DNA of 64,000 bases from Bacteroidales bacterium (GTDB lineage: Bacteria > Bacteroidota > Bacteroidia > Bacteroidales > VadinHA17), in the NCBI GenBank assembly GCA_016936435.1, contig JAFGXX010000219.1, positions 306 to 64,305 of the forward strand. Direction: 5' to 3'. The translations under genes and the position numbers were made by a program. Position 1 is the first letter of the stretch. Each line of letters starts with the position of its first letter. Shown here piece after piece: positions 34,134 to 43,611 of the stretch. The notes below the pieces were generated by a model that was not told where the DNA came from, made no database searches, and saw only the letters and a program-made list of their open reading frames with translations.

Positions 34134-35426
34134 ATGAGAAAAATATTCATAGCTGTCATATTCCTGTTGTCCGGACTACACATTTCGGGAGCTGGTATAC
34201 AATATGATGACGGCCCCTGGGGAAACATGATATCTGACCCCAGGATAAAAAGTGTCAGGTTGTTTAACGAAGGATGGAACCTCTCCTACCCTGTAATCAG
34301 ACTAAACAGCGGCGAAAAGCTCATTTTTATGTTTGACCTGCTTGGAAATACCTCTGAATCATATTATTATACTTTCATTCATTGTGACAAAGACTGGAAC
34401 AGGTCCGACATTTTCCCCAACGATTTTTTGGAAGGATTCACCGACAATCCGCTGGAAGAGCTAAGCCCGTCGTTCAACACCACAGTCAATTATTTCCATT
34501 ACAGACTAAGCTTCCCGAACGAAAGAGCCGCACTAAAAATATCCGGTAATTATATCCTCTTTGTTTACCAGGCCGATAACCCGGAAAAACCTGTGATAAC
34601 ATACAGGTTCATCGTAAAAGAGGATGCTGTAAAAGTGGATATAAGGGCAAAAAGGCCGATGATATCTCCTGCCAGGGAAAGCGGACAGCAGATAGAATTC
34701 TCTGTTGATATTACAGTTGCGGGATTGATAGATCCGTACAGAAATGTTTATTCCACCCTGCTTCAGAATGGCAGGTGGGATAATTCAATAAACAACCTTA
34801 AACCTGATGTTCACGGAGGCAATGAGCTTATCTATAATTCATTATCCGACAAGAATATTTTCGACGGCGGGAATGAATTCCGTTATTTCGATATCAGGAG
34901 CATCAGGAGGCTGACTGAAAATGTTCGCCGGATAGATTTCAATGCACCATATTATCATGTAGCCCTGGCGCCATCAGAAAGCCGTCAGTTCAAACCATAT
35001 TTTTACTGGCAGGATTTCAACGGAAAATATTATGTGGCTGTTGAAGAAGGAAGAGATCACGAAACTGATGCTGATTATCTGTACACATATTTTACACTTG
35101 AATCCGGCGACGTCATACCCGGCGGAGAAGTTTATGTAACAGGAAGTTTCTGCAACTGGACAACAGCTAAAGACAATCTTATGATATACAATCCTGTTGA
35201 AAGGGAATATGAATGCACTATACAGCTAAAACAGGGATGGTATAACTATGAATATGTCTTTGTCAGCGATAGTGACGGATCATGTGATCCGAAGAGATTT
35301 GAAGGAAGCCATACCGAAACTGAAAACGACTATATGTCCATAGTATATTACCGGAACCCGAGAGGCCGTTACGACAGGGTCATCGGTACAGGGAGCATCA
35401 ACACACTGAACCGGGTCACCTATTGA
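34134..35426 (+). CDS. DUF5103 / T9SS plug-protein-like secreted protein
   Basis: Signal peptide, then IKSVRLFNEGWNLSYPVIRLNSGEKLIFMFDLL...YYYTFIHCDKDWNRSDI and SGNYILFVY. This resembles the family named after the Plug subunit bound to the SprA translocon. Recalled from memory, not searched. Confidence 0.55.
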   Translation: MRKIFIAVIFLLSGLHISGAGIQYDDGPWGNMISDPRIKSVRLFNEGWNLSYPVIRLNSGEKLIFMFDLLGNTSESYYYTFIHCDKDWNRSDIFPNDFLEGFTDNPLEELSPSFNTTVNYFHYRLSFPNERAALKISGNYILFVYQADNPEKPVITYRFIVKEDAVKVDIRAKRPMISPARESGQQIEFSVDITVAGLIDPYRNVYSTLLQNGRWDNSINNLKPDVHGGNELIYNSLSDKNIFDGGNEFRYFDIRSIRRLTENVRRIDFNAPYYHVALAPSESRQFKPYFYWQDFNGKYYVAVEEGRDHETDADYLYTYFTLESGDVIPGGEVYVTGSFCNWTTAKDNLMIYNPVEREYECTIQLKQGWYNYEYVFVSDSDGSCDPKRFEGSHTETENDYMSIVYYRNPRGRYDRVIGTGSINTLNRVTY

Positions 35427-35935
35427 GCATGTCCGTGCACGTCGATGCCAAAAAGCATGAAAAGTGTATGTTTCAGAACTCTGAGAATCTCATTCATATA
35501 TTCCTCAACTGCCCGTACCGAACCCGGAAGAGTAAAAACCAGCGATTTTCCGGCAACTCCTGCCACGCCCCTGCTTAAAAGGGCATTTGGCATATTGCTG
35601 CCGTATTTTATCCTTATATACTCCATTATCCCCGGAATTTCTTTTGTAAGGAAGGGACGCACCGTTTCTACAGTTATGTCGCGGGGACCTATTCCAGTAC
35701 CGCCGGTGGTAAAAATGAGGTCATAAACCGAAACTGCAGTTTCGAGAGTTTCCTTCAGAACATCTGCATCATCAGGTATCAACATAACACGGGTTTCAGC
35801 TTTCCACCCTTCATTTGCCATGAAGTCAGATATCATCTCTTTTATACGGGGACCGCTGCGATCTTCATACTCGCTGCCGGATGCCCTGTCGCTGAGGGTA
35901 ATAACAAGTATCCTGAAACTTGAAGGTAAATTCAT
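35420..35935 (-). CDS. mogA: MogA/MoaB-family molybdopterin adenylyltransferase
   Basis: ILVITLSDRAS and DLIFTTGGTGIGPRDIT. 171 aa. Overlaps the moaC stop by 4 nt. Confidence 0.8.
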   Translation of the reverse strand: MNLPSSFRILVITLSDRASGSEYEDRSGPRIKEMISDFMANEGWKAETRVMLIPDDADVLKETLETAVSVYDLIFTTGGTGIGPRDITVETVRPFLTKEIPGIMEYIRIKYGSNMPNALLSRGVAGVAGKSLVFTLPGSVRAVEEYMNEILRVLKHTLFMLFGIDVHGHAQ

Positions 35936-36378
35936 CTTTTTACTTTTTCAATTAGATGGATATCATCGATCACCATGGAATCATCAACAGCCTTACACAT
36001 ATCATATACTGCCAGAAGGGCCGCCGAAACTGCAGTCAGAGCCTCCATTTCGGCACCGGTTCTGTCGATACATCTTACCTCGCTGGTAACCGACACTCCC
36101 ATTTCGTCTGTTGCAAGGTCAACACTTACCGATGTCAGGCTTATGTTATGGCACAGAGGTATAAGCTCCCATGTTTTCTTTGCCGCATTAATCCCGGCGA
36201 TACGGGCTACGGCAAATACATCACCCTTTCCGATATTATTCCCGGCTATAAGCTTTATGGTCGAAGGAGCAAGGTTTATATGTCCTGCTGCCCGTGCCTT
36301 CCTGTCCTGCTTCTTTTTATTCCCCGTGTCTACCATTACTGCTTTTCCGCTGCTGTCGGTATGTGTCAGTTTTTTCAT
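35932..36378 (-). CDS. moaC: Cyclic pyranopterin monophosphate synthase
   Basis: MVDTGNKK, GDVFAVARIAGINAAKKTWELIPLCH and TGAEMEALTAVSAALLAVYDMCKA. Confidence 0.9.
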   Translation of the reverse strand: MKKLTHTDSSGKAVMVDTGNKKKQDRKARAAGHINLAPSTIKLIAGNNIGKGDVFAVARIAGINAAKKTWELIPLCHNISLTSVSVDLATDEMGVSVTSEVRCIDRTGAEMEALTAVSAALLAVYDMCKAVDDSMVIDDIHLIEKVKR

Positions 36379-36381
36379 TTT

Positions 36382-37182
36382 TCAGCCTCCGATATTATAA
36401 AAATTATCTTTGTGGTTAACCATTCCGCTTGCGGGTTTCATTTCAACAGCTTTCTCTATGGCTTCCCGATAGCTAATCTCCCTTATGTTGAAGCCAATAT
36501 CGCTGAACAGACAGGGTTTCAGCATCCCGTTTGAAGTAAGTCTGAGCCGGTTACACAGAGGGCAGTTGCCTCCGCTGCCTCCTTCAACTGTCGTAAAATG
36601 ACCGCTGACCAGGTCCATCTGGTGTATGTATCTTATTTCTAAATTATTACGGGCACAGAATTCCCTTACAAGTTTTGCATCTTCTTCTTCCCTTGATTCT
36701 CTGACGACACAATTTATTTTCACCGGCAGCAGACCAGCCTTTTTTGCCGCACTGATACCCTCAATCACATCGGCAACATTACCACCACGGGTTATGTAAG
36801 CAAACTGCTCAGGATCAGTTGTGTCAAGACTTATATTCACACGTTGAAGACCTGCTTTCCTGAGCTCTCCTGCAAAATTTTTCAGCAGGGTCCCGTTGGT
36901 TGACATGGAAAGGTCTTTTATTCCTTTTATTCCGGCTAACATTCCGACAAGTTCAGTTATACCCTTTCTTACAAGAGGCTCTCCACCTGTGATCCTTACC
37001 TTCCATATTCCCATCGAGACTGCTGATTCGGTAAATTTTACAATCTCGTCAAAAGTGAGAATATCCTCATGTCTGAGCAGTCGGACCCCCTCCTCAGGCA
37101 TACAATACCGACACCTGAGGTTACACCTGTCGGTGACCGATATTCGCAGGTAGTTTATTTCTCTTTTATATCTGTCGTACAC
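36382..37182 (-). CDS. moaA: GTP 3',8-cyclase (radical SAM), short form
   Basis: CNLRCRYC radical-SAM cluster, second cluster CPLCNRLRLTSNGMLKPC, and a C-terminal double Gly (FYNIGG). Confidence 0.85.
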   Translation of the reverse strand: MYDRYKREINYLRISVTDRCNLRCRYCMPEEGVRLLRHEDILTFDEIVKFTESAVSMGIWKVRITGGEPLVRKGITELVGMLAGIKGIKDLSMSTNGTLLKNFAGELRKAGLQRVNISLDTTDPEQFAYITRGGNVADVIEGISAAKKAGLLPVKINCVVRESREEEDAKLVREFCARNNLEIRYIHQMDLVSGHFTTVEGGSGGNCPLCNRLRLTSNGMLKPCLFSDIGFNIREISYREAIEKAVEMKPASGMVNHKDNFYNIGG

Positions 37183-38344
37183 TTACCAGCTCTCCCTTTT
37201 CAATTGTTTTGGTTCCGACCGGAAGCGTAACTATTCCCCATGTATCGGTCAGTGCTGTCAGATGCCCTGAGCCGTGATATTCAACCGGCAGCGCCATTCC
37301 GTCGGGAGTAAGTTTTACCGGAATAAGTGCCATCCTTTCCGTATACTTTCGTGAAACTCCTTCTTTCATCGGAAGCTTTAATGTCAGCGGTTTCCAGTTC
37401 GAACCAAGCATTTTGCAGATAACCGGCCGTACCATAAGTTCGAAAAGCATAAAAGAAGATACCGGGTTTCCGGGCAGCCCGAATAAAATGGCATTTTCAT
37501 GAATTCCGAATGTTGTCGGTTTTCCCGGTTTAACAGCCACTCCTGAAAATAGTATTTTCACTCCTGCTCTCTCCATAACTGAGGGAACAAAGTCAAAATC
37601 GCCCATCGACACCCCTCCTGTTATTATTACTATATCGTTTTCCGAAAGAGCCTTTTGCAGCACTGAGAAGGTAACTGCTTCGTCATCTTTGGCTATGCCG
37701 TAATACCGTGCAGTGCCGCCTGCCACATAAGTCTGATGAATAAGCTGATATGAATTTGAATTTCTTATCCCCGATGCGGAAGGTGTCTCACCCGGTTCTA
37801 CAAGTTCGCTGCCTGTGCTGATTATACCTGTCCAGGGCTTTTTTGACACCTCGATACGGGTTTGACCTGTCGCAGCCATGATACCTATATCCTGGGGTCT
37901 GATAACTTTCCCCGGATTCAGGACCACATCACCATTTTTGACATCTTCAGCGCGGCTGGAGATATTCGTCCCCCTTACTGTTCCGGTTATTCTTATTCTC
38001 CCGGTTGGAAGCTGTTCTGTCAGCTCCACCTCGACAACACAGTCGGCACCTTCAGGAACTACGCCTCCTGTCATGATCCTTGAACACTGGTTCACCCCTA
38101 TCCTCTGACGGGGTGTGTAACCGGCAGGTATTGTCTCTATAATATCCAGGTCATTCCCCAGATCAGTTTTACGGGCAGCAAAACCATCCATGGCTGCCTT
38201 GTTAAAAGGAGGCAGATCGGTATCGCTTACTACAGGACTGTAGAGAACACGGTTCAGTGACTCTGTGAAGGGAATTGTCTCTTTAGTCATCCTCCGGCAT
38301 TCAGTCCCGGTAACTATCTCCAAAGCTTTTTCAAATGGTATCAT
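37166..38344 (-). CDS. moeA: Molybdopterin molybdenum/tungsten transferase
   Basis: FNKAAMDGFA, IMTGGVVPEG, ITGGVSMGDFDF and KPGKPTTFG. Overlaps moaA by 17 nt. Confidence 0.9.
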   Translation of the reverse strand: MIPFEKALEIVTGTECRRMTKETIPFTESLNRVLYSPVVSDTDLPPFNKAAMDGFAARKTDLGNDLDIIETIPAGYTPRQRIGVNQCSRIMTGGVVPEGADCVVEVELTEQLPTGRIRITGTVRGTNISSRAEDVKNGDVVLNPGKVIRPQDIGIMAATGQTRIEVSKKPWTGIISTGSELVEPGETPSASGIRNSNSYQLIHQTYVAGGTARYYGIAKDDEAVTFSVLQKALSENDIVIITGGVSMGDFDFVPSVMERAGVKILFSGVAVKPGKPTTFGIHENAILFGLPGNPVSSFMLFELMVRPVICKMLGSNWKPLTLKLPMKEGVSRKYTERMALIPVKLTPDGMALPVEYHGSGHLTALTDTWGIVTLPVGTKTIEKGELVSVRQI

Positions 38345-38424
38345 TTCTTAAATTGTTATCTGATTTAGCAGTATGCAGCCTCATGGACGCGTCCTCACTG
38401 TAATGGTAATGTTGCTTTCACAAT

Positions 38425-39492
38425 TCATCCGCTGCCTTTAAGGGCGACAGCCGCGGCAGGAACAAAACTTAGCCACACTTCCGACATTTCATTTATCCCC
38501 AAATTTCTGAATTCATCCCTTGTTATGTCGACGAAGAATCTCTCGCCTGCATCAACAGTGATCTCCATTCCATAGTCGGAAGGAATTATATCCCTGACTA
38601 CACCCCTGTAACAATTTATACAGGCATCTTCCGGTTTATTAAGATGGATCTTTATTGAATCGCTTCTGATAATAATAAGACCATCATCAGGGTATACTCC
38701 ATCTTCAAGGACAAAATCGACAGCCGCCTCACTTCTCGCTTTCCATTTCCCGTCCTCACCGATGAACCTTACCCTGTAGAAATTTCGTATGCCTGAATAG
38801 CGTGCAACAAACCTGCTGACAGGATTTGAGAAGACATCGTCGGGATGGCCCGACTGAATTATACTACCGTTATGTATTACTCCCACACAGGAGGCAAGAC
38901 TTACCGCTTCCCTGTAATCGTGCGTCACATGAACGATGGTGATACCTTTTCTGTTCAGTTGCCTCAGCAGCCTCCTGATATCGTCCCTCAGGCTGGCATC
39001 GACTGAGGCAAGAGGTTCATCCAGAAGAAGCACCCCGGGCGAAGTGATCAGGGTACGTGCGAGGGCTACCCTCTGCAACTCTCCTCCCGACAGATTAATA
39101 GGGACCCTGTCAAGAAGATGTGCTATGTTCAGTTCTCCCGCGATATGTTCAACCCTTTTACGGATCACATTTTTTTCCTCTCCACTGCAGCGCAGCGAAT
39201 AGGAAATATTTCCGTAAACCGTCATATTGGGAAAAATGGCATAATCCTGAAATACGAGACCGGTTTTGCGTTCCTGGATCTTTTTATTCGTTACATCTTC
39301 ATTATTGATCCATATCTTTCCGCTGTCGGGTTTTTTAAGCCCTGCAATTAATTCCAGGAGCTGGGATTTGCCTGAACCTGATCGTCCGAGCAGAACGAAG
39401 TATCCGCCTTCAGGAATGTTAATATTGATATCCTTAAGCCGGAAATCGCCAAGTTTTTTATTTATGCCCTCAAGCTTCAGCATTACCTTCAT
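38425..39492 (-). CDS. ABC transporter ATPase of a tungstate/molybdate (WtpC/ModC-type) system, with a C-terminal TOBE-like domain
   Basis: Walker A GRSGSGKS, signature LSGGELQRV, Walker B LLLDEP. An extra C-terminal beta-rich domain of about 120 aa. Confidence 0.8.
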   Translation of the reverse strand: MKVMLKLEGINKKLGDFRLKDININIPEGGYFVLLGRSGSGKSQLLELIAGLKKPDSGKIWINNEDVTNKKIQERKTGLVFQDYAIFPNMTVYGNISYSLRCSGEEKNVIRKRVEHIAGELNIAHLLDRVPINLSGGELQRVALARTLITSPGVLLLDEPLASVDASLRDDIRRLLRQLNRKGITIVHVTHDYREAVSLASCVGVIHNGSIIQSGHPDDVFSNPVSRFVARYSGIRNFYRVRFIGEDGKWKARSEAAVDFVLEDGVYPDDGLIIIRSDSIKIHLNKPEDACINCYRGVVRDIIPSDYGMEITVDAGERFFVDITRDEFRNLGINEMSEVWLSFVPAAAVALKGSG

Positions 39493-40279
39493 ATCTGACC
39501 TCCTTTCTGGTTACTGATATGAGACGGAGAAAGATGAAGATCATCAGGGCCACCAGTACAAAAAGCACTGATACCGGCCGGGCATAAGCCAGCCCGAAGG
39601 AACTGAACCTTTCATAAATCAGTACCGGGGCTATCATCGGATGATAGGCTACCATTACTACTGCTCCGAATTCGCTCATGCCTCTTGCAAACATCATAAT
39701 GAAGCCGGTTATGATGCTTCTCCAGGCAATGGGAAGCGATATGGTAAAAAAGACCCGCGAAGGACTTGCACCGAGGGTCAGGGCAGCTTTTTCAAGCCTT
39801 TCCGGAACGGCTGCAAACCCGTCGCGGGCTGAATTTATAAGGAAGGGAACGCTTACGAAAGCCATTGCCAGGGCAATACCGGCAGGATTGTTTACCAGTG
39901 TCAAACCTATAGTGTCGGCAGCTTTCCCCAGGACGCCTTCGCGTGATATAAAACCCAGCACTGCCAGACCTGCTGCAGTGTGTGGCAGGACCACGGGCAG
40001 GTCGATAAGACCCTGTACCATGCTCTTCAGGGGAAACTCCTTCCGGGCCATTATCCATGCCAGTGGTATGCATACGAATGCAAACACAAAGGTAGCGGCA
40101 AAGGAAACCCACAGTGTGAGCCAGATACTTTGCCTTACGTCGTCGTCGTTTACAGTCTCCAGAAGGTCGGAACCGGCAGTATGAAGGAACATTCCCGTCA
40201 GGGGCGCCAGGATGAAGAGCAGAACCAGCGATGACAGGAAAAGCATCAGCAGTGAAAAAGGAGTCTGGCGTATCATCAC
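39470..40279 (-). CDS. ABC transporter permease (WtpB/ModB-type)
   Basis: 269-aa polytopic protein with the EAA-like loop LEKAALTLGASPSRVFFTISLP. Overlaps the ATPase gene by 23 nt. Confidence 0.8.
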   Translation of the reverse strand: MMIRQTPFSLLMLFLSSLVLLFILAPLTGMFLHTAGSDLLETVNDDDVRQSIWLTLWVSFAATFVFAFVCIPLAWIMARKEFPLKSMVQGLIDLPVVLPHTAAGLAVLGFISREGVLGKAADTIGLTLVNNPAGIALAMAFVSVPFLINSARDGFAAVPERLEKAALTLGASPSRVFFTISLPIAWRSIITGFIMMFARGMSEFGAVVMVAYHPMIAPVLIYERFSSFGLAYARPVSVLFVLVALMIFIFLRLISVTRKEVRYEGNAEA

Positions 40280-40285
40280 ATGCTT

Positions 40286-41233
40286 TTATCCGTTTACGTA
40301 TTCCTTCAGAATGACAGGTATCAGTTCGGGCCGTGAAGTTAATCCGGGCACTATGGGCTCCTGTCCGTTAATTTTCATTATCTCGGTGCCTTCAGGTCCC
40401 AGAAGCATTTTAACAAAATCGAGGGCATAGTCCATGTTCGGGGCATCGTTCAGAACTGAAATGCTGTAGTTAATATATTCGCCGTCAACAGTCATGGAAG
40501 TTCCCGGACTGCTGCCAGCTATATCAACAGAAACGAGGCTGTAGATGCTGTTCATCTCCGGATTACCCAGATTTATTTCATCGGGCAGGACGAGGTATTT
40601 CATTTTATGCTGAACAGCGACTGAGCGGTAAATAAAAATATAATCGACTGCATTTGATTCTATCAGAGCTACCAGATCGACTTCCTTGGGTCGTATAAAC
40701 GACTGGTTCTTTGCCAGGAATCTTCCGGAGAGGTCAGACTTACCATAGAATTTTTGCGCCAGCATCATTGTGAGAACGGCCCTGTAACCGCATGGATCAG
40801 AATCGGGGTCCGACCTGCCATAGGTTACATCATCCCTTAAAAGTATATCTGTCCAGTTATCCGGACTGATCTCATCGCTATACCTTGATTTCTCCTGGTA
40901 GGCTATCACCATTTCGTTTGTGGCAAACCTTATGTTCCACCCGGCATATTCAGGAATAATAAGCCTTTCTATAACAAGGTGATCGGCTGATGCTATGATG
41001 TCGCAGCTTCTCTTCAGTTCAGTTATCTTACGGGCGCAAACAATGCTTCCTGCAGGCTCCAGGAGTACTTTCAGCGTCGGATGTTTTTTTTCAAATTCAT
41101 TAGCCATCTGTTTGAAGGGAACAGAAAGGCTTCCGGCATGAAAAATTATCAGTTCTTCTTTTTTACCGCTTTTATTTATACATCCCGTCAGAACAGAAGC
41201 CAAAAGCAGTACACCAGAAAGTATTTGTCTCAT
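40286..41233 (-). CDS. Periplasmic oxyanion-binding lipoprotein (WtpA/ModA-type, tungstate or molybdate)
   Basis: Lipobox LLASVLTG|C. FHAGSLSVPF, SDPDSDPCGYRA and FIYRSVAVQH resemble the archaeal-type WtpA family as I recall it. The metal specificity cannot be read from sequence. Confidence 0.65.
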   Translation of the reverse strand: MRQILSGVLLLASVLTGCINKSGKKEELIIFHAGSLSVPFKQMANEFEKKHPTLKVLLEPAGSIVCARKITELKRSCDIIASADHLVIERLIIPEYAGWNIRFATNEMVIAYQEKSRYSDEISPDNWTDILLRDDVTYGRSDPDSDPCGYRAVLTMMLAQKFYGKSDLSGRFLAKNQSFIRPKEVDLVALIESNAVDYIFIYRSVAVQHKMKYLVLPDEINLGNPEMNSIYSLVSVDIAGSSPGTSMTVDGEYINYSISVLNDAPNMDYALDFVKMLLGPEGTEIMKINGQEPIVPGLTSRPELIPVILKEYVNG

Positions 41234-41286
41234 TTTAGATTATATAACAATGAATTGCATGTATTCAACATGCAGGGGGTCTGAAA

Positions 41287-43494
41287 TTACTGATAGTTTT
41301 TTACAACATCTATCACTTCGGGTAAATCCATTCCTATTTTACGCAGAGATTCTATTTTCGGGACGCCATTGTTGTTCCAGCCGCGTCTTTTATATACTGC
41401 ATCTATAAGCGCCTCGTATTGCTCTTCCCTGTATTTTCTCAGCATCTTCAGCTTCTCCTCCGAAGTCATCGCTGCCGTGTCGATACCGGTTTTTTCCCTT
41501 AGTTGTTTATCGTATCTCTCAGCCCGCGATTCATATTCTTCCAAGGTAACAGGACCAGCGGCCCTGAACGGCTGACGGTCATGGACCCTGGTGCCGAATC
41601 CGAGCCTGAGGTTAAATATACGCTGGAAGTTGTAAACCCTCTCGGAATCCTGAATAAGCCTGTACTTGTCAAATTCTCTTCCTGTTACGGCCTTGTAGAT
41701 AGTGACGTAATTATCGACATGTTCAGGTACTTTGGCAGGCTCATCCGTTTCGGCATTGTTTTCCGGTTCCACATCATTCCATGGAAGTTTGCAGAGACCC
41801 ACCAGTCCGAACCATGTTCTGAACATAGGGAAATAATGGAGTGCCTCGGCTTTATCTTCAAAAGTCGGGATCTGGTTGTTTACCATATCCATAAAAATAA
41901 GCCATGCCTCATCGTGCTGGGGTCCTTTGTTGGTCATGGCAAAACCTCCCTGCTGTGCCAGCGATTCCTTCGAAACATACTGGGAATATTCCAGACCTTT
42001 GTTTTCCATCCCAATATCGTTGAGGAAACCGGCATCACCCCATCCGTTGGCAATGAACATCTCTTTCATGCGACGCACCCCGAGCCCGGCTGTCTTTCCG
42101 AAACCCTCACCCCTGGCAAGCTGATGCATCAGTTCAAGTGCCGCGCCGGCATTCCCGAATTTCAGTTCAAGACCTCCTGTTCTTTCCTTATTTAGTATCC
42201 CGTTTTCGTAACATTCCATAATGAATGCCGTAAGCGTGCTCCATGTTATTGTGCAGATACCGTAAGTATCACAATAAAAGTTGGCTTCGATGATATATTC
42301 TGGGTCAAAAATACCACAGTTGGAGCCCAGCCCGGCGGCATTTTCATATTCAGGACCGTCCACAAGTACCTTCTGACCTTTATAGGGGCCTGTTTTCAAA
42401 GCAAAGTCTTCGACTCTCTTACTGCACGACATGTTACATCCTATCCAGCAGCCGTCGGGAACATTCTGGGTGAAATAGCTCTTCCATACCGAAGAATCTA
42501 TTTTAAAAGCTTCCGGGTGGCTACCATATTTGTAATTATTCACGGGCAGGAGATCGTGATCGTTCATTATCTCCATCAGATGGGCGGTTCCTGTCTGGCG
42601 CATCTGGCACTGTTTGTCGTCAAGTTCGCGCATTTCTTTATTGAACCTCTTGCCCCTTTCCATTATAGCTTCCAGGTCGACAACATTGTTAAGATTACCT
42701 TTTACCCCGGGGATCTTGCACACAAGAGCTTTTATTTTCTTATCCCTGAACACCGTTCCTATACCTCCCCTTCCGGCCTGCTTCATACGAAGCTGCTTCT
42801 TTTTGGGGTCATAGAAGCTGAAATTCAGCATCCCGATAAGTGAATGCTCTGCCGCCGAACCTGTCGACACTATCCCGATATTCTTCTTTTCATCCTCATT
42901 ATCGGCAAACAGCTCCGTCAGATCCTCTATCAGGGCATGACTGTCAAAATTCCCGTCAAGTGCTTCATACATCTCTATCCTGTGGTTGATGCCATCGATA
43001 TATACCACGACGTCTTTTTCAGACTTGCCCTGAAGCTCGATCGCGTCAAAGCCGGCGAATTTCAGAAAAGGGCCGAAAAAACCTCCTACGTTGCTGTCCA
43101 TCACCGAACAGGTCTGCGGAGAGATGGTTACAACAAGCGACTTGCCGGTTCCCGAATATTGTGTAATACCACCAATAGGCCCCGAGGAGATGACTATTTC
43201 ATTTTCCGGATCGTTCCATTTTGTCGAAGGTTTTGTTCCGTCCCAAAGAAGTCTCAGGCCATATCCCTTTCCCCCGATGAATTTCTCCTTCATAACAGGG
43301 GCTACGTCTTTTTCCCTTATCTCCTGTGTGCCGACGTTTATATATAATACCTTGTCGGTATAGCCCCTGCTGAGCGGTATCCATGTGTAGTCACTGCTAA
43401 AAAGAAGCCTGTGCTGTGCTTTTATCGTTTCTTTATCCATTCCGGGAACTATTTCAGGATTAATACTCTCAACATCAAAAATACAATTTTCCAT
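41287..43494 (-). CDS. aor: Aldehyde:ferredoxin oxidoreductase family protein (tungsto/molybdopterin), long 735-aa form
   Basis: AOR N-terminal domain (KVLYINVGTQEI...FIGGKGYGLRLL, GPIGG, SPQT), Cys cluster DGCWIGCNMSC, DGPEYENAAGLGSNCG and GLCKLPW. About 130 aa longer than the classical 605-aa AOR. Confidence 0.8.
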   Translation of the reverse strand: MENCIFDVESINPEIVPGMDKETIKAQHRLLFSSDYTWIPLSRGYTDKVLYINVGTQEIREKDVAPVMKEKFIGGKGYGLRLLWDGTKPSTKWNDPENEIVISSGPIGGITQYSGTGKSLVVTISPQTCSVMDSNVGGFFGPFLKFAGFDAIELQGKSEKDVVVYIDGINHRIEMYEALDGNFDSHALIEDLTELFADNEDEKKNIGIVSTGSAAEHSLIGMLNFSFYDPKKKQLRMKQAGRGGIGTVFRDKKIKALVCKIPGVKGNLNNVVDLEAIMERGKRFNKEMRELDDKQCQMRQTGTAHLMEIMNDHDLLPVNNYKYGSHPEAFKIDSSVWKSYFTQNVPDGCWIGCNMSCSKRVEDFALKTGPYKGQKVLVDGPEYENAAGLGSNCGIFDPEYIIEANFYCDTYGICTITWSTLTAFIMECYENGILNKERTGGLELKFGNAGAALELMHQLARGEGFGKTAGLGVRRMKEMFIANGWGDAGFLNDIGMENKGLEYSQYVSKESLAQQGGFAMTNKGPQHDEAWLIFMDMVNNQIPTFEDKAEALHYFPMFRTWFGLVGLCKLPWNDVEPENNAETDEPAKVPEHVDNYVTIYKAVTGREFDKYRLIQDSERVYNFQRIFNLRLGFGTRVHDRQPFRAAGPVTLEEYESRAERYDKQLREKTGIDTAAMTSEEKLKMLRKYREEQYEALIDAVYKRRGWNNNGVPKIESLRKIGMDLPEVIDVVKNYQ

Positions 43495-43611
43495 GCAGGT
43501 TTATAAATGATATTAATCATTTTGAAATGAAATAAAACGGTATCAGTACCGTTAAAATGACATTATTGCAAAAAGATAAAAAGGTTTGTAACTTGCAACC
43601 ATATAATTAAG

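Noticed and set aside
35956-36534. 192-aa and 141-aa plus-strand ORFs over moaC and the end of moaA
   Set aside because: They are antisense to genes with unambiguous MoaC and MoaA motifs. Other antisense ORFs were rejected on the same logic: 11876-12490, 16792-17322, 39678-40184, 54711-55229, 58006-58479 and 58541-59059.
41503-43347. Several plus-strand ORFs (41503-42195, 42517-42843, 42844-43347) inside the AOR gene
   Set aside because: They are antisense to a 735-aa ORF with strong AOR-family motifs. They are fragmented and low in complexity.
43495-43611. Moco riboswitch upstream of the AOR / transporter / moa genes (the 38345-38424 gap was also checked)
   Set aside because: The regions are only 117 and 80 nt long and AT-rich. 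I cannot see the GC-rich paired segments expected for the Moco RNA motif. A covariance-model scan (Rfam Moco_RNA_motif) would be the decisive test.
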